A stretch of DNA of 64,000 nucleotides from the human T2T-CHM13v2.0 reference genome, Homo sapiens. Both the position numbers and the translations under genes were made by a program. The notes below the pieces were generated by a model that was given only the letters and a program-made list of their open reading frames with translations, searched no databases and was not told where the DNA came from. Shown here piece by piece: positions 1 to 14,230 of the stretch. Numbering within the stretch: the stretch's first letter is position 1; each line of letters begins with the position of its first letter. The stretch lies in assembly GCF_009914755.1 (NCBI RefSeq), contig NC_060936.1; one strand, given 5' to 3'.

Positions 1-725
1 ACACAAAATGTATGTTAAATTTATAGGTCAGACATTTCTGTTTACAGAGTTAGAGAAATAAGTAAGATGAAAGGAATATCTTTTTAGAAAAAATGGTGGC
101 TTTGTATTTGGGTATGTTGTATTTGAGATACCAGTAGGCATATGAAAATGTAAGGCTAGAGCTCAACAGAGTGCTTGGGGCTAGAGATCCAATTTTTTTT
201 TTCCCCCAGTGCTGTTAAAATCCTAGGGGGAGTTGTTCTTTACTTTATGAGAAGGAATAATGACACTGAGGAGAATATTTGTAGGAGTGATGGGTGAAAT
301 CCCAAATGAGGAAGCTAAGGTACCTGTGGCAGGATAGTAGATTGTGAACTTGCAATCTTAGAGGTATAGCACTTCTGGATGAACAGACGGCTGAGTTAGA
401 GACCTCCCAGAGGTTTGCTGCTGAAGTAGCCTTGGAGATGGATGTCATTGAGTTTGGGCATGTCATGAAATCAGGCCAGTAAAAAATCTGGCCTTCCAAG
501 CAGCCAGAAGAATATTATGAAGTAGGGATTTTTGCCTAAACTTCTTTAGAGCTCTTAAGAAATAGACTCAGAAAGCTGAATGTGCCTTAGAGGCAGCTTG
601 CCCCAGTGGTTGCCAAGAAAATCAGCTCTGAATAGTTTATGATAGACTAGCAATTGCACACCTACACCACAGCTTTTAGAGCTTATCCAGCTGTTCCCTG
701 CTTTTATATGAAGTCTAAAATGTAA

Positions 726-1979
<1,254 letters not shown>

Positions 1980-2079
1980 AAAATGTAACCATTTGGATTT
2001 AGGTTATTTCAAAATATGACCAAGTATGAAAAATTAATAATATTTGATATTGGTATCTACTAATAACAGCTAATATTTA

Positions 2080-2275
2080 TCATCCTTTTGTAATGTACTA
2101 AACATGGTGCAAAGGATTTCAGTTAGACTTTACCTCAACTACAAATTTGATAACATTATTAACTCCATTTATAGATGAGGGTACTGGGGCTTAGAAGGGT
2201 TGTGTAGCTTGGTCCAGGTAACAGTGCTAATGAGGGACAACGCTAGTATTCAAACTTAGACCTGTCTGATTTCTA
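2080..2275 (-). mobile_element. MIR fragment
   Basis: CCATTTATAGATGAGGGTACTGGGGCTTAGA resembles the reverse MIR core. Confidence 0.55.
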
Positions 2276-3489
2276 TGGCACACTGATTCTGTCAAGGCAT
2301 ATCAAGAACTTTGCATGCTTTGTATGCTCTGAGCAACAAATAATAAAACATAAAGATTATTTCAAATAAACAATAAAGGAAAATTAAATTTGAAATATTT
2401 TAGTTAATTAGGAAAAAGCAATGACTTGCCATCAAATTAAATATTTTATTAATAAACTTCAACTCTACTGGTCACTTTTTTATGAATATATATCTTTTTA
2501 TAAGGATAAAAAATTCATGCTCAGAATTAAATTCATGCTAAGACTTATGATAAATAGTGCTACCACTGACACTGACTTCACTGAGCAAAACTAGCAAGGA
2601 GATGCTAGTTAGCAGGTAAGGATTTTTATATTTTTATATTATTTTGAAGCCAAACTTAATTTTTAGTTTGGTTATCCTTTTACTTTAAATTTCAAATTCT
2701 CCTTGGTTGGTTTGAGAGGTTCTATTTCTGTGGGTAAACTCATGGTCACACGAGAACCTGTTTTAAAAAGAAATTCCTTGATGGCTCGAGCAGTTGGAAT
2801 CTGTGTTGAATTTTTACTGCGGTTTAGAATGACCGTCAATGGCCAAAATGTGCTTTTGGGACATGTATGTTACATGATATCACTCAGACCTGACTTAACG
2901 CACTAAACAGATTGCTAGTCTTTCCTACCAGCTGTTCCTCTCTCCTTTCATTGTTGGCATTATGACTTGTCATGAATAACAGATAAATCTGGACATTTCA
3001 GTAGCATATATATTATGTGAATAAATCATCATAGTGAAAAAGTAGCTTAGGTTCTGAGATTCTATCATCCCAATTTTTTAATCATCATAAATGACAGAAA
3101 CAGATGGGTGCTCTCATTGACTACAAGAACATCCAGTAACATATTCATGACATCATTCTGTGAGATTTATTTTGTTGGCATGCCCTTCAGTAATAAACAA
3201 TCAGACATTTTGTTTTTCACCAAAAGTGTTGATCATTACTGAATCATCTTTTCAGAACTCCCTTTGCTAAAAGCATTGTTTTTTTTTTTGGTTGGTCTAG
3301 TGATAATTGTCACAGATAAAAAATGTATCGAAATGATTGTAGACAAAAGCAAAAGGGCTAGGACTGTTGGTACTAAAATCTCAAAAGAAAAGCAATATCA
3401 ACAATAACATCTTCCATTGGAAAAACTCTAATGTCCCTATTATTTGTGACTGTTATACATTTTAAGGAAAATCAACTGCAAATGATTTG

Positions 3490-3710
3490 CCGGTATTTAC
3501 CGAGTACTTACTAAATGGTAGGAACATTTATATATGCTGGAGATATACAACCTCTGGCTCAACATAGTAGAAAAAGAATTCTTGTCCTGATGGAATTTAA
3601 AATTTAGTGATGGACTCAGTAAAAACTAAGAGAAATAAGGAAGATACATAGTATATTAGATAATGATAGGACCTATGAATAAATATAAAGCAGGAAAGGC
3701 AAAAAAAGAA
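3490..3710 (-). mobile_element. L2 3' fragment
   Basis: ATTTACCGAGTACTTACTA...CTGGAGATATACA...TGTCCTGATGGAATTTAAAATTTAG resembles the reverse L2 3' end. Confidence 0.5.
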
Positions 3711-5157
3711 TGCTATTGAGGAGTATGGGGATTACAATTTTAATAATGTACATCTCATTGAGTAACCCGCAAATATGTATTTTGACAACTTTATATGCAG
3801 TTTTCCCAGTATACATAATATATAGTTTTGATGTATTCATCCACTTAATTGTGTAATTACACTATTTCCTACTTTTTTAGGTCAGCTAATCCCTGTGTTC
3901 ATTTAATGGATAAAAAAGCAGTAGGATTTCTTGCATTCATAGGCTACCCTTCTGTATCAGGAGCTGCTGGACATTAGTATGATTACTTTAGTATTAATCA
4001 CTATTATACTTTTTATTATGTGCCAAAAAATTATTTTTTTATACTGACCTTGCCTGATGAACTCATAATCAGAAATTACACAAGCTAAAAATGATTGTGT
4101 TTATATTTTTTTACATTAATACTACTGAGATAATATGAATGAAATGGTTTCCTTTGAGGATTAAGTATCAGTTTATAGTTGTGAATTTTATGCCCATATA
4201 AACAGCATATGTAAGTTGCCCAGCTGTTGAGACTAGAAAGAATAAACATGCCATCTTCAGATATTCAGTTGGTTATACTCTCCCAAATTAGGAAAGGCCC
4301 AATAGGAAGTAAAGTGCCTTCCATTATTCAGTCCTTGCCTTCCTTTGATCCGCTTCCATGAAGCAGTAGGATGGACTATTTTAGCCTTCACAAGTTGATG
4401 CTGATCATATCCCTGCCTACTTTTCTGTATAATCACTACTCAGTCAGCAATATACAATAGCTACATTCAAGGCACTTCTCGGAGGACATTATTTTGAAGT
4501 CACTTTTCCAAAATGTTCACAAAAAGCTGAAATGAGACAGGGTATACATGGAGGATTCCTTGAAAGAGAGGCAGGGTACATACCCCTCTAGATTGGGGAT
4601 TATGATCTTAAAGGACTAGAGAGGTGTAGAAAATAATAAAATTGAATTAAGGCAATTATGTGGCCTGTGGCATACTGGAGAGCAAGTACTTATGTAGGGG
4701 ACTGTCATCCCTCAGCTCTGCAAAATACTCCTGCAGGTCAATTCCTGAAAGCAGATGAGCACTTTGCCACCCCGCATTTAAATACATTATAATCTCCCTC
4801 TGATTAACATGGGCTGGCGAAAGACTATATACCCAAAACATGTTATTCTAATCTCTCTTAAAATACAGTTTTTTGAATTGTAATTGTATTGTGAATTCAA
4901 CAGTCTGTATAGAAGAAATTAGGAGACAAAGACTTATAAAGCCAAGGCTTCCATTTAGTATATTTCTGTATCATAGTGTCATCCCATGAGGACCCATTGG
5001 ATGAATGCCTGGTCATAGTATGAGGAAGTTGTGCTTCCACTGTGAACAAATGGCTGACTTGTATTAAGGATAAAATAAGTAGGCATGGACGTTACCATTT
5101 TATATCAGGAGCTAGTTGCTTTAGACATGGATATTCCACTTAAAAGTGTGTCATTTT

Positions 5158-5457
5158 GGCTGGGTGCGGTGGCTCATACCTGTAATCCCAGCACTTTCGG
5201 AGGCCAAAGTGGGCAGATCACCTGAGTTTGGGAGTTCGAGACCAGCCTGACTAACACGGAGAAACCCCGTCTCCACTAAAAATAGAAAAATTAGCCAGGC
5301 ATGGTGGTTCATGCCTGTATTTCCAGCTACTCGGGAGGCTGAGGCACGAAAATTGCTTGAACCTGGAGGCGGAGGTTTGCAGTGAGCCGAGATTGCACCA
5401 TTGTACTCCAGCATGGGCAACAGGAGCAAAAGTCCATCTTGAAAAAAAAAAAAAGAA
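5158..5457 (+). mobile_element. AluSp
   Basis: Full Alu dimer with the GGAGAAACCCCG diagnostic. TSD AAAAGTGTGTCATTTT at 5142-5157 and 5458-5473. Confidence 0.93.
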
Positions 5458-6786
5458 AAAAGTGTGTCATTTTTTGGCTCTTTAAGCTGTATCTTGCAAA
5501 ACTTAATCTCAATTTATGACCAAGATCTAGCCAATGGAGCTCACCTTACAATATATATTCTGTCTTCAATTTATTTCTGGTGTTATCTTATCCTTTCCTC
5601 ATTCATTTGTTTTAAATCTTATAATAGCCTGTTACTTTATCTTGTTTCATTATATATAAGTATGTATACCACGTTAGAACTTTTGGGAACAGGTGAGATT
5701 AAAAATAAATAGAAAAACAACTTCCAAAACCTGTAGTGATCACAATTGTTCTTCTCACAATGACGTTGCACATTAGTGTACTATGAGGTAAGTCACAAAT
5801 GACAATCCTTTTTGTCACTAAATATAATAAAGCACGATTCTTACAATGAGATCTAAATGGGACCATTGTTCACTTTCTTGAGTGTGATAAAGGTAAATTT
5901 ACATCTGAAGCTGGGAGTAGCATGTAAATAGAAGTTTATCCTTTGTGTACATGCATGATTGGCATGAGCCTTTGCAGTATCTTTTCATGAATTAAGAAAG
6001 AACATTTTATCTTCCCAAGGGATATAGTCCAAGATCAGCGTTCATGCCTTTGTCCTCAGAGCATGGCAAGGATTCTAGCCCCTATCTCCCTCAGGCCAAG
6101 AATTGTTAAGTATTGGGGAAGGCACAACCTGCTGGACCATTCATAGAAGCCCAATTAATGTGTTACTTATAAAATTCATCTGTCACATGTGCCTGACCAA
6201 GAAAAGCAACATTGAGAGCCAATGGAATAAATTCTAGGTGTTTATTTACCTGATTTTATATTTGAAAAATGTAAAACATTTTAAAAACATGTAAATAAAA
6301 ATAATCAGCTTTAATTTTACATAAAAGGAAGACAAGACCATATAAGATAGATATATCCCACATGAAAACTTAAATTTTTTGGATACATGTTGAAATCTTT
6401 CTGTATTTAACAGCTCCATACATTTTGATTGGTCACAGACCAATTGAGAACGTAACGAAGGCTGTAGTCCCTCTATAGGAAAACACATAAAGGCATAAGC
6501 AAACCTTTTTTTATAGAGTTTCTGTCAAGTTATTCAATTTTAGGTAACAAATTCCAGCTATTAACTGTAGAGAGCTCATTTATTCATTCAACTTTTTGTT
6601 CAGTAGAAGGACGATCTTATGAAGATCTGCACTCTCTTGCCCTGTACCTCAAAACACAGTACTATCTAGGCTCACTAAAAGCATGCTCTGTCATTGTACC
6701 ACTGACAAACATGGTTTCTGACCAAATCTAAACAAATTAGAGAGTTTTACACTACTCAAACCATGATTAATAGGAACGAATATGCA

Positions 6787-6930
6787 GGGAGGCCGAGGTG
6801 GGCGGGTCACCAGAGGTTGGGAGTTTGAGACCAGCCTGACCAACATGGAGAAACCCCGTCTCTACTAAAAATACAAAAATTAGCCAGGTCTGGTGGAGTA
6901 TGACTGTAATCCCAGCTACTTGGGAGGCTG
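6787..6930 (+). mobile_element. Internal AluSp fragment truncated at both ends
   Basis: GGGAGGCCGAGG...ACATGGAGAAACCCCG...TTGGGAGGCTG with no Alu head and no poly(A). Confidence 0.88.
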
Positions 6931-7119
6931 TAACATCTTTATCTATCCAGCCCAGTAGTTGAGATTTTGCTTAGTATATTCTGATGCTTAAGCATACGTT
7001 TAATAGGAAAGCAAGAATTGAGTAAACCATTACTCATTTATTCAGTGAAATATTGTATAGTAACTTAAAATGATGTTTCAAAAAATTAGTAATCACCTAG
7101 AAAAAAATGCTTGCTTATA

Positions 7120-7715
7120 AACTAGTCTCGCTTTATCTGTGGGGACTTGTTCCAAGGCCCCTAGTGGAAATATAAAACTGCAGATAGCACCAAACCCTAT
7201 ATATTTGTTTTTTGTTTTCCTACACATACATACCTTTGATAAAGTTTAATTTATAACATAGGCACACTAGGAGATTAACAATAATAACAAAATAGAACAA
7301 TTATAACAATATAATGAAATATATATACAATATAATGAAAGTTATGTGAATATGATCATTCTCTGTCAAAATATCTTATTATACTATGCTCACCCTTCCT
7401 TGTGATGATGTGAAATAGAATGCCTACATCATGAGATGAAGTGAATGGAGTAGGCATTGTGACATGTTAGGCTACTATTGACCTATCAGGTGTATAGCAT
7501 CTACAGTGTGGATACACTGGACAAAAGGATGACTAACATCCTGAGTTAGACACAGCAGGGTGGGCCAAGACTTTATCATGTTACTCAGAATGGAGTGCAA
7601 TTTAAAACTCATGAATTGTTTATTTTTGTAATTTTCTGTTTAAGATTTTTGAGCTGAGATTGACCATGGATAACTGTCCCACAGAAACTGAAACAGTGGA
7701 TAAGGGGTACTACTA
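7120..7715 (-). mobile_element. MER44 (Tigger7-derived TcMar-Tigger MITE)
   Basis: Ends GTGGATAAGGGGTACTACTA|TA, the reverse of CAGTAGTCCCCCCTTATCC. Internal GCAATTTAAAACTCATGAATTGTTTATTT matches the family. Confidence 0.8.
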
Positions 7716-7774
7716 TATCGTTAGGATAATAAAGTAGACTACAAAATAGTTCCATCAGTATAACTGCAACTTAA

Positions 7775-8377
<603 letters not shown>

Positions 8378-8379
8378 TA

Positions 8380-8695
<316 letters not shown>

Positions 8696-9596
8696 TTAAC
8701 AATGGGAAAGAGACTTTATTTTTTTAATAAAGCAAGAGCTTTGCTGGAGAACAAATTTTATCTATTAGTCAAATGGAAAATTGTCTTTAAGGGAAGAGTT
8801 GTCAATCCTCACTAATAAATGTTCACATAATTATAAAACATCAAGTATTCTCTTTGGTAAAAGGCAGAATATTTATGCAATTTGAAAAATCAGAGGATAA
8901 GTATTGTCTTTGGGACAAAAAGAAGCTGAATCCGTTTGTTTAGTGATTATTGAGATTGAATGTCTCAAATGACTAAGTTGTGGTATGTAATGTGTGTGTT
9001 GGAATTTGTAATTTTCTCAAGTTATTAAGGAAAACACATTAATGGAATTTGAAAATATAAATTTAAAAAAGTTTTACTTGCAAGCCTTGTGCGACTCTGT
9101 AAATGTGAAAATAAATTATTGGCATCCATACTTAAATTTTGTTTTTTAATGACACTTTTGTGGCAATCTGTCATATTTCTTGTTTCCGCTACAAATATTG
9201 GTTTGGGATAGATATTATGAAACCACTGAGATTTGTGGTTTGGATTTGAAATTTTGTAACAACACTCAAAAATCTCACCCAAAGGATATAAATCAAAATT
9301 TTGGCTTCTGCACATCGGTTGGGTGAAACCAGCACTGAAATAACATCTCAAAGGGTGTAAAACCAACCATTCCAGTAAAATGGACTTATTCCAAAACCGA
9401 GTTCTATATAGCTTACATATATTCAGGTCATCTAGGACCGCTGAAGAAGAGAAATTGCAACTCCTTTAAACTGTTAGTAAGAACTAATACGTACAGGTAG
9501 GCCACCATGTTGTACAACTCCATGAAGTTCAATGTGAATAAAGTATGAATGGTTCCCTCATGGAACTGAGCAAACACATGGGGCTATGCATCATAA

Positions 9597-10240
9597 TTTT
9601 CCTTTTTCTTTTTTTCAGGTTTTATAACTTATTTATATAATTTAAAAATTGTACATTCCAATAATTGAAATAAGTTAAACACCAAAAAATGGCACTCTGA
9701 TTAAACTGTATTTTTATATCCTTCAGGACACCTTGGGCCAGCTTGGTTGTAATTCTAGATTTTACTGTCATCCCACCCAGCTTCTTCCTTCATCAACATG
9801 CGAGTTCTTTTCTTTCTCTGTCAGCCAAATAAGCAGATAGGAGAAGCAGGAGAGGCCTGGGTTGTCAGTGGTTTTCAATTATTTGATATGAAAGGGGCAG
9901 CGTGGTTGTTTAAACTTGATCCAGCCTCTTTGCATCTTAAACAGTTGAATAGCTACAAGAAGCAATGCTTGTGGAAGGCACAGTGCATGTTATTGGTACA
10001 TGTCCCATTACGACATGCCCGCTTGCTTCTCCTGTTGGATAGTTTCTTTGGAATGCAGTGTTTTAGTTTTTTATTTTGTGTATCTTTTTTCTTTTTCTTT
10101 TTTCTATCTTATTTCAGTTTCTACTTAGTGAATTTCTAGATTTCAGCCATATAGGGTTTGTCAGACAAAGTTGCAGAGGAAGTGGAGCGAGGCGCACGGG
10201 TGAGCAGAATATATTTGTGCAGTAGACACTACCTAGTCAT
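9597..10240 (-). pseudogene. Processed pseudogene of thymosin beta-4 (TMSB4X-like)
   Basis: The minus strand has a 5'UTR-like CGTGCGCCTCGCTCCACTTCCTCTGCAAC, then (TTG)SDKPYMAEI*KFTK*KLK ... LHSKETIQQEKQAGMS* at 10168-10008, versus [20 protein letters not shown]...LPSKETIEQEKQAGES. The 3'UTR matches include AAGATGCAAAGAGGCTGGATCAAGTTTAAA, CCAAGCTGGCCCAAGGTGTCCTG and CAGTTTAATCAGAGTGCCATTTTTT. It is intronless and has an A-rich tail at 9597-9615. Confidence 0.92.
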
Positions 10241-10429
10241 TGAGATTTTCTGTGGCACTCTCCCTGGTCTTAATCAAAGCCAGTAATCCCGAGGACAAGT
10301 GGAGCACTTTTGTACCCCTTTATCTAGAGCCCTCACAGGTTAGGCAAGAGCCATTGTATTTCCCCCTATTGAACCCTCATTTTAAGAACCTCAATATGTT
10401 AAAATCTTCTTATAAATCAACTTCCCATT

Positions 10430-10943
10430 ATTTTGACTATTTCAAATTTCAAAATACTCAACAAGCGAGACAGATTTTATTCAAAATGATTGCAATAAGG
10501 GTCAAGACTTATTGCAATAAAGGTCAAGATTATACAACAGAATAGATTGTTTCAACCCCACTGAAACAAAAGGCAGGAGAGGTTTTAAGCTCAGATGAGC
10601 TAGTGGAAAAGTCCTTAAGCAAGTTTGTGCGAAGATTGGTCAGTGTGTTTGCTATGAGGCGAGTTATTGAAGTTAGGCTCCTGGGTCCCCAACCCCCAAC
10701 AGGGACTGTGATAGGGGCCTTATCTTTCCTGATGATTGCCTTACAAAAAGATGGTTCCCAGGCCCTTCACAAAGGTTCCTGGGTTGTAAAACTGGCAAGT
10801 GATCAGTAAAAGCTTTACATCGCAAAGGAGTAAGTTTTCTTAAGTAAGTTCTCTAAGAAAAGGGAGGTCAGAGGCCTGTAGGGGAAGAAACCTGTGTAAA
10901 ATTTAGCCAAGCTGAGGGAAGGTTTAAGGCTGTTTTGGTTACA
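10430..10943 (-). mobile_element. ERV1 solo LTR, MER67-like
   Basis: The end CTCTAAGAAAAGGGAGGTCAGAGGCCT...AAATTTAGCCAAGCTGAGGGAAGGTTTAAGGCTGTTTTGGTTACA is the reverse of the MER67-type 5' end. Left boundary approximate. Confidence 0.6.
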
Positions 10944-11034
10944 ATTCTTTTCCTGGGAGGCAGCATGGAAATTGAGAATTGTATCCATGAGGAGCGGTTG
11001 TATCCTTGGCTCTGGCTTAAGTATACTTCCTAGG

Positions 11035-12102
11035 TGTTGGTTCCCTATTATTAGTTTTCTGTGCTGCATAACAATAACCACACATTTATTGGCTTAAAAC
11101 AACACAGGTTTATTTGTTTCATGGTTTCTGTGGGTTAGAAGTCTGCTAAGGATCTCACAAGGCTGCAATGAAGGTGTTGACCAGGACCAAGGTTTCATTC
11201 CGTAAACCCGAAATAAGATTCTGAGGCCTCCCAACCATCTGAATGGACCTCTTTTCTCAGCCAAGGGCATTCCAAAGTTAGCCTGAAAAGAGTAATTCAG
11301 GCCATGATGAGAATAGGGGATGGAACATGCCTCTTTTTACCCTCCTCCCTTTTGGAATTCTGGATAAAACACTCTTTAAGTCTGATAAGAAACATTACAA
11401 ACTATTCTCCCTGAAGACTGCTACCTGGATGCTTCATCTGCATGATAAAACCTTATAACCCTTTATCAGAACCCAGACATTCCTTTCTATAGACAATAAC
11501 TCTTTCAACCAATTGCCAAGCAGAAAGTCTTTAAATCTACCTATGACCTGGAACCTCCCCACCCCCTGCTTTGAGTTGTCCTGCCTTTCCAGACAGAACC
11601 AATATACACTTACATTTATTGACAAATGTCTCATGTCTCCCTAAAATGTATAAAACCAAGATGTACCCGACCACCTTGGGCACATGTCATCAGGACCTCC
11701 TGAGGCTGTGTCATGGGCATGTCCTTAACCTTAGCAAAATACACTTCCTAAATTGATTGAGGCCTGTCCCAGATACTTTTGGTTTACAATCTGGAAGTTC
11801 AATTAGGGAAGCAACTTTGTGCCCACAAGCATGGTTCTTGGCAATATTTAGTGAATTCATGGCATCTGCTTCTTCAAAGCGAGAAAGAGAAGAGAGAATG
11901 ACTAGGGCAAGTGTTTGGCTAGCAAGAACAAGTTTTCTGTAATATAAAATAATCATGAGAGTGACACTGCATCACTTTTGCTATGGTCTATTGATTAGAA
12001 ACAAGTCCCATGTCCCATGCACACTGAATGAGAGCATTTACATGAAGATATAAATAGCAGGAGGAGATCACTTGAAGCCACTATAAAAATATATGTGCCA
12101 CA
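11035..12102 (-). mobile_element. MLT1 (E/F-like) MaLR LTR, split by a MER4 LTR
   Basis: TATTAGTTTTCTGTGCTGCATAACAA...GGCTTAAAACAACAC on the left. CATCACTTTTGCTATGGTCTATTGATTAGAAACAAGTC...GTGCCACA on the right. Confidence 0.7.
11201..11788 (+). mobile_element. MER4-family (MER4B-like) ERV1 solo LTR nested in MLT1
   Basis: Starts (C/T)GTAAACCCGAAATAAGATTCTGAGG...CCAAGGGCATTCCAAAGTTA and ends ACCACCTTGGGCACATGTCATCAGGACCTCCTGAGGCTGTGTCA...TTTTGGTTTACA. Confidence 0.8.
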
Positions 12103-12283
12103 TTCTTCATTTGCCAAACTAAAGCAATATTATTAGTAATAATTTTCTTAGATTCCTAAAAGTCTCCTAACAAGAGTCACATCTGGAGCAGTTTGTTGAT
12201 TGAAGTAGGCATTCTCATGTTCAAGAGCTCTGGGTCCCTATCTCAACTTCAGCCTAAGCAGCACATTGAGATTCCTCATGAAA

Positions 12284-12420
12284 TTCCTCCCCTCTCCCCG
12301 CCTCCAACTCCCCCTTGCCTCCCTTCCTGTCCCCTCCCCTCCCCTTCCCTTCCTTTCCCTTTCCTTCCTTCTTTTCTTCTCCCCTCCCTCCCTCCATTTC
12401 TTCCTTCTTTTCTTTCTTTT
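12284..12420 (+). repeat. CT-rich low-complexity tract
   Basis: CCCT/CCTT/TTTC runs. Confidence 0.88.
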
Positions 12421-13984
12421 GATGTAGGTCTTCCATTTCTTTTAAAAAATTAAAAATGGATTAGACCACATAATAACCATGATCACATTAGTTAGAAAAG
12501 CTTATGATTCAAATAAAAATTTAAAATTAAAAACTTGCTTCATGAATTAATGCTTAACTTCATGAATTTGACCAGTTATAGTCATGATGCGACTTGTCCT
12601 GGGGAGAACTTGGATTCCCTATTTGAGCAAACAGCCTGTACACTGGTAGCTTACTTTGCACAGAGGCACATAGAGAACAATTCAAACCTTTTTACACAGT
12701 TTTCATCCTCTGCATACCCTTAAGTCTTTCATAGCTGTATCTTTTCCAAAGGGATCATCACACTTGTAATGGGAAAGTCTAAGAAAATCCTAGTGAGCTT
12801 AAAGTAGTATCCATATGTAATGGGAAAAAAATATCATGTTGCTATTATACTAGAATATTTACTGCTTATTTGGGATTTCCACATTTGAAAGAATACTTTA
12901 ATTTTTTTTCTCTTTTCCTTTGCAAAGTTATCTTTCCCTTCCTCTTAGTGTGAAAATTGAACATATGCTGATGCAATGTCACAGGCTGTGTTTACAGGCT
13001 CTCTGGGGCGTGAGGTGAAGGTGGGAGGGAGCTTGGGAAGAAACAGTTCCTTAGCAATTGTTTTTCTCATTATGTTGTTTGGCATCTCATCACAAGCATC
13101 TTGAAACATATTTTTAAAATTCATTTGTACCATCAACTGTATATATGATTGCTTTTTTTTTTTCCATTTGTAGTATTAAGAAAGCCATTTAAAAGGTGCT
13201 GATTAACACCAGTACTGGCTATAGATTCCAGTTGCTGTTTGATGTTTTGCTTATTAGAACTGCGAGCATTCTCCTTTGTATTTGTAAAATGTAAGCATAT
13301 GACCTTTCCAGATCCAGCAAGGAGCCTCCCAGATGGAGTACATGGAGACCGTGACTGTGAAAGATGAGGATCAAGTGCAGATTTGGTGGCCTCTGATTGC
13401 CAGTATCTGGCAGCCACATTCTCTTCCCACAAGATGTGCTGGAAATATGACCAAGCAGAAGTTCACTTAAGTGAATCCAACAGTTAAACCTACCATGGAA
13501 GGGTGTGGTGCACAGAGGGCATGTGGAGAAGAGAAGACCACAGTGGGAACCTCCAAGGAACTAACATCTAGCTGGGGATGAGGGGGGATTTGGCTATGTA
13601 GAGAGTAAATAAAGTGATATGAGAATTAAAGTAAGGGGCCAGTTATTTCCAAATGGGGAAATGGGGCAGGCTTCATGGAGAAGGGAACGTTTAATCTGGG
13701 TCACATGGAATGAATAGGACTGGAAATGGAGTTTATAAGAGCGAGAATATTTTACTTAGAGGAAACTACATTTAAAGAAAGGATGGCTGTGTAGGTGTAT
13801 TGCTTCTTTGCAGATACATACAATTTAATATGCCTGGAGTGCAGATTCTATGTGACTGAGGTGAGTAGGGACAAAGGGAGAGATGATTCAGAGAGGCAGA
13901 TAGAGGAAAATCATGCAGGGCTTAATTTCTAGGATAAAAGTTGGTGACTTTTTCATGGGTGTGTGTGTCAGGGAAGAGGGTAAA

Positions 13985-14230
13985 ATTATAGTGAGTAAAA
14001 GCACAGACTTTGGGATCAAAGTAATGGGTTTCCATCATGACTCTGCTTCTCCCTGGTGATATCAACTTGTGTGAATATGTAATGACTCTGACCTTCAGTT
14101 TTTTCATCAATAAATGATAAGCAATAATACTAATTTAATAGAGACTTTCTGAGGAACAAATAAGACTATGTACCCAAAGGACTTAGATTAGGACCTGCCA
14201 CTCAGTAACAACACTCAGTAGATGTGATCA
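13985..14230 (+). mobile_element. MIR
   Basis: ATAGTGAGTAAAAGCACAGACTTTGGGATCA...CTTCAGTTTTTTCATCAATAAATG resembles the MIR consensus. Confidence 0.6.

Noticed and set aside
2858-2880. p53/p73-like element GGACATGTAT-G-TTACATGATA
   Set aside because: The second half-site has too many mismatches to RRRCWWGYYY.
9965-9990. TMSB4X retrocopy as a miR-1/206 sponge
   Set aside because: The ACATTCCA site I recall in the TMSB4X 3'UTR reads GCCTTCCA here, so the seed match is lost, and there is no evidence of minus-strand transcription.
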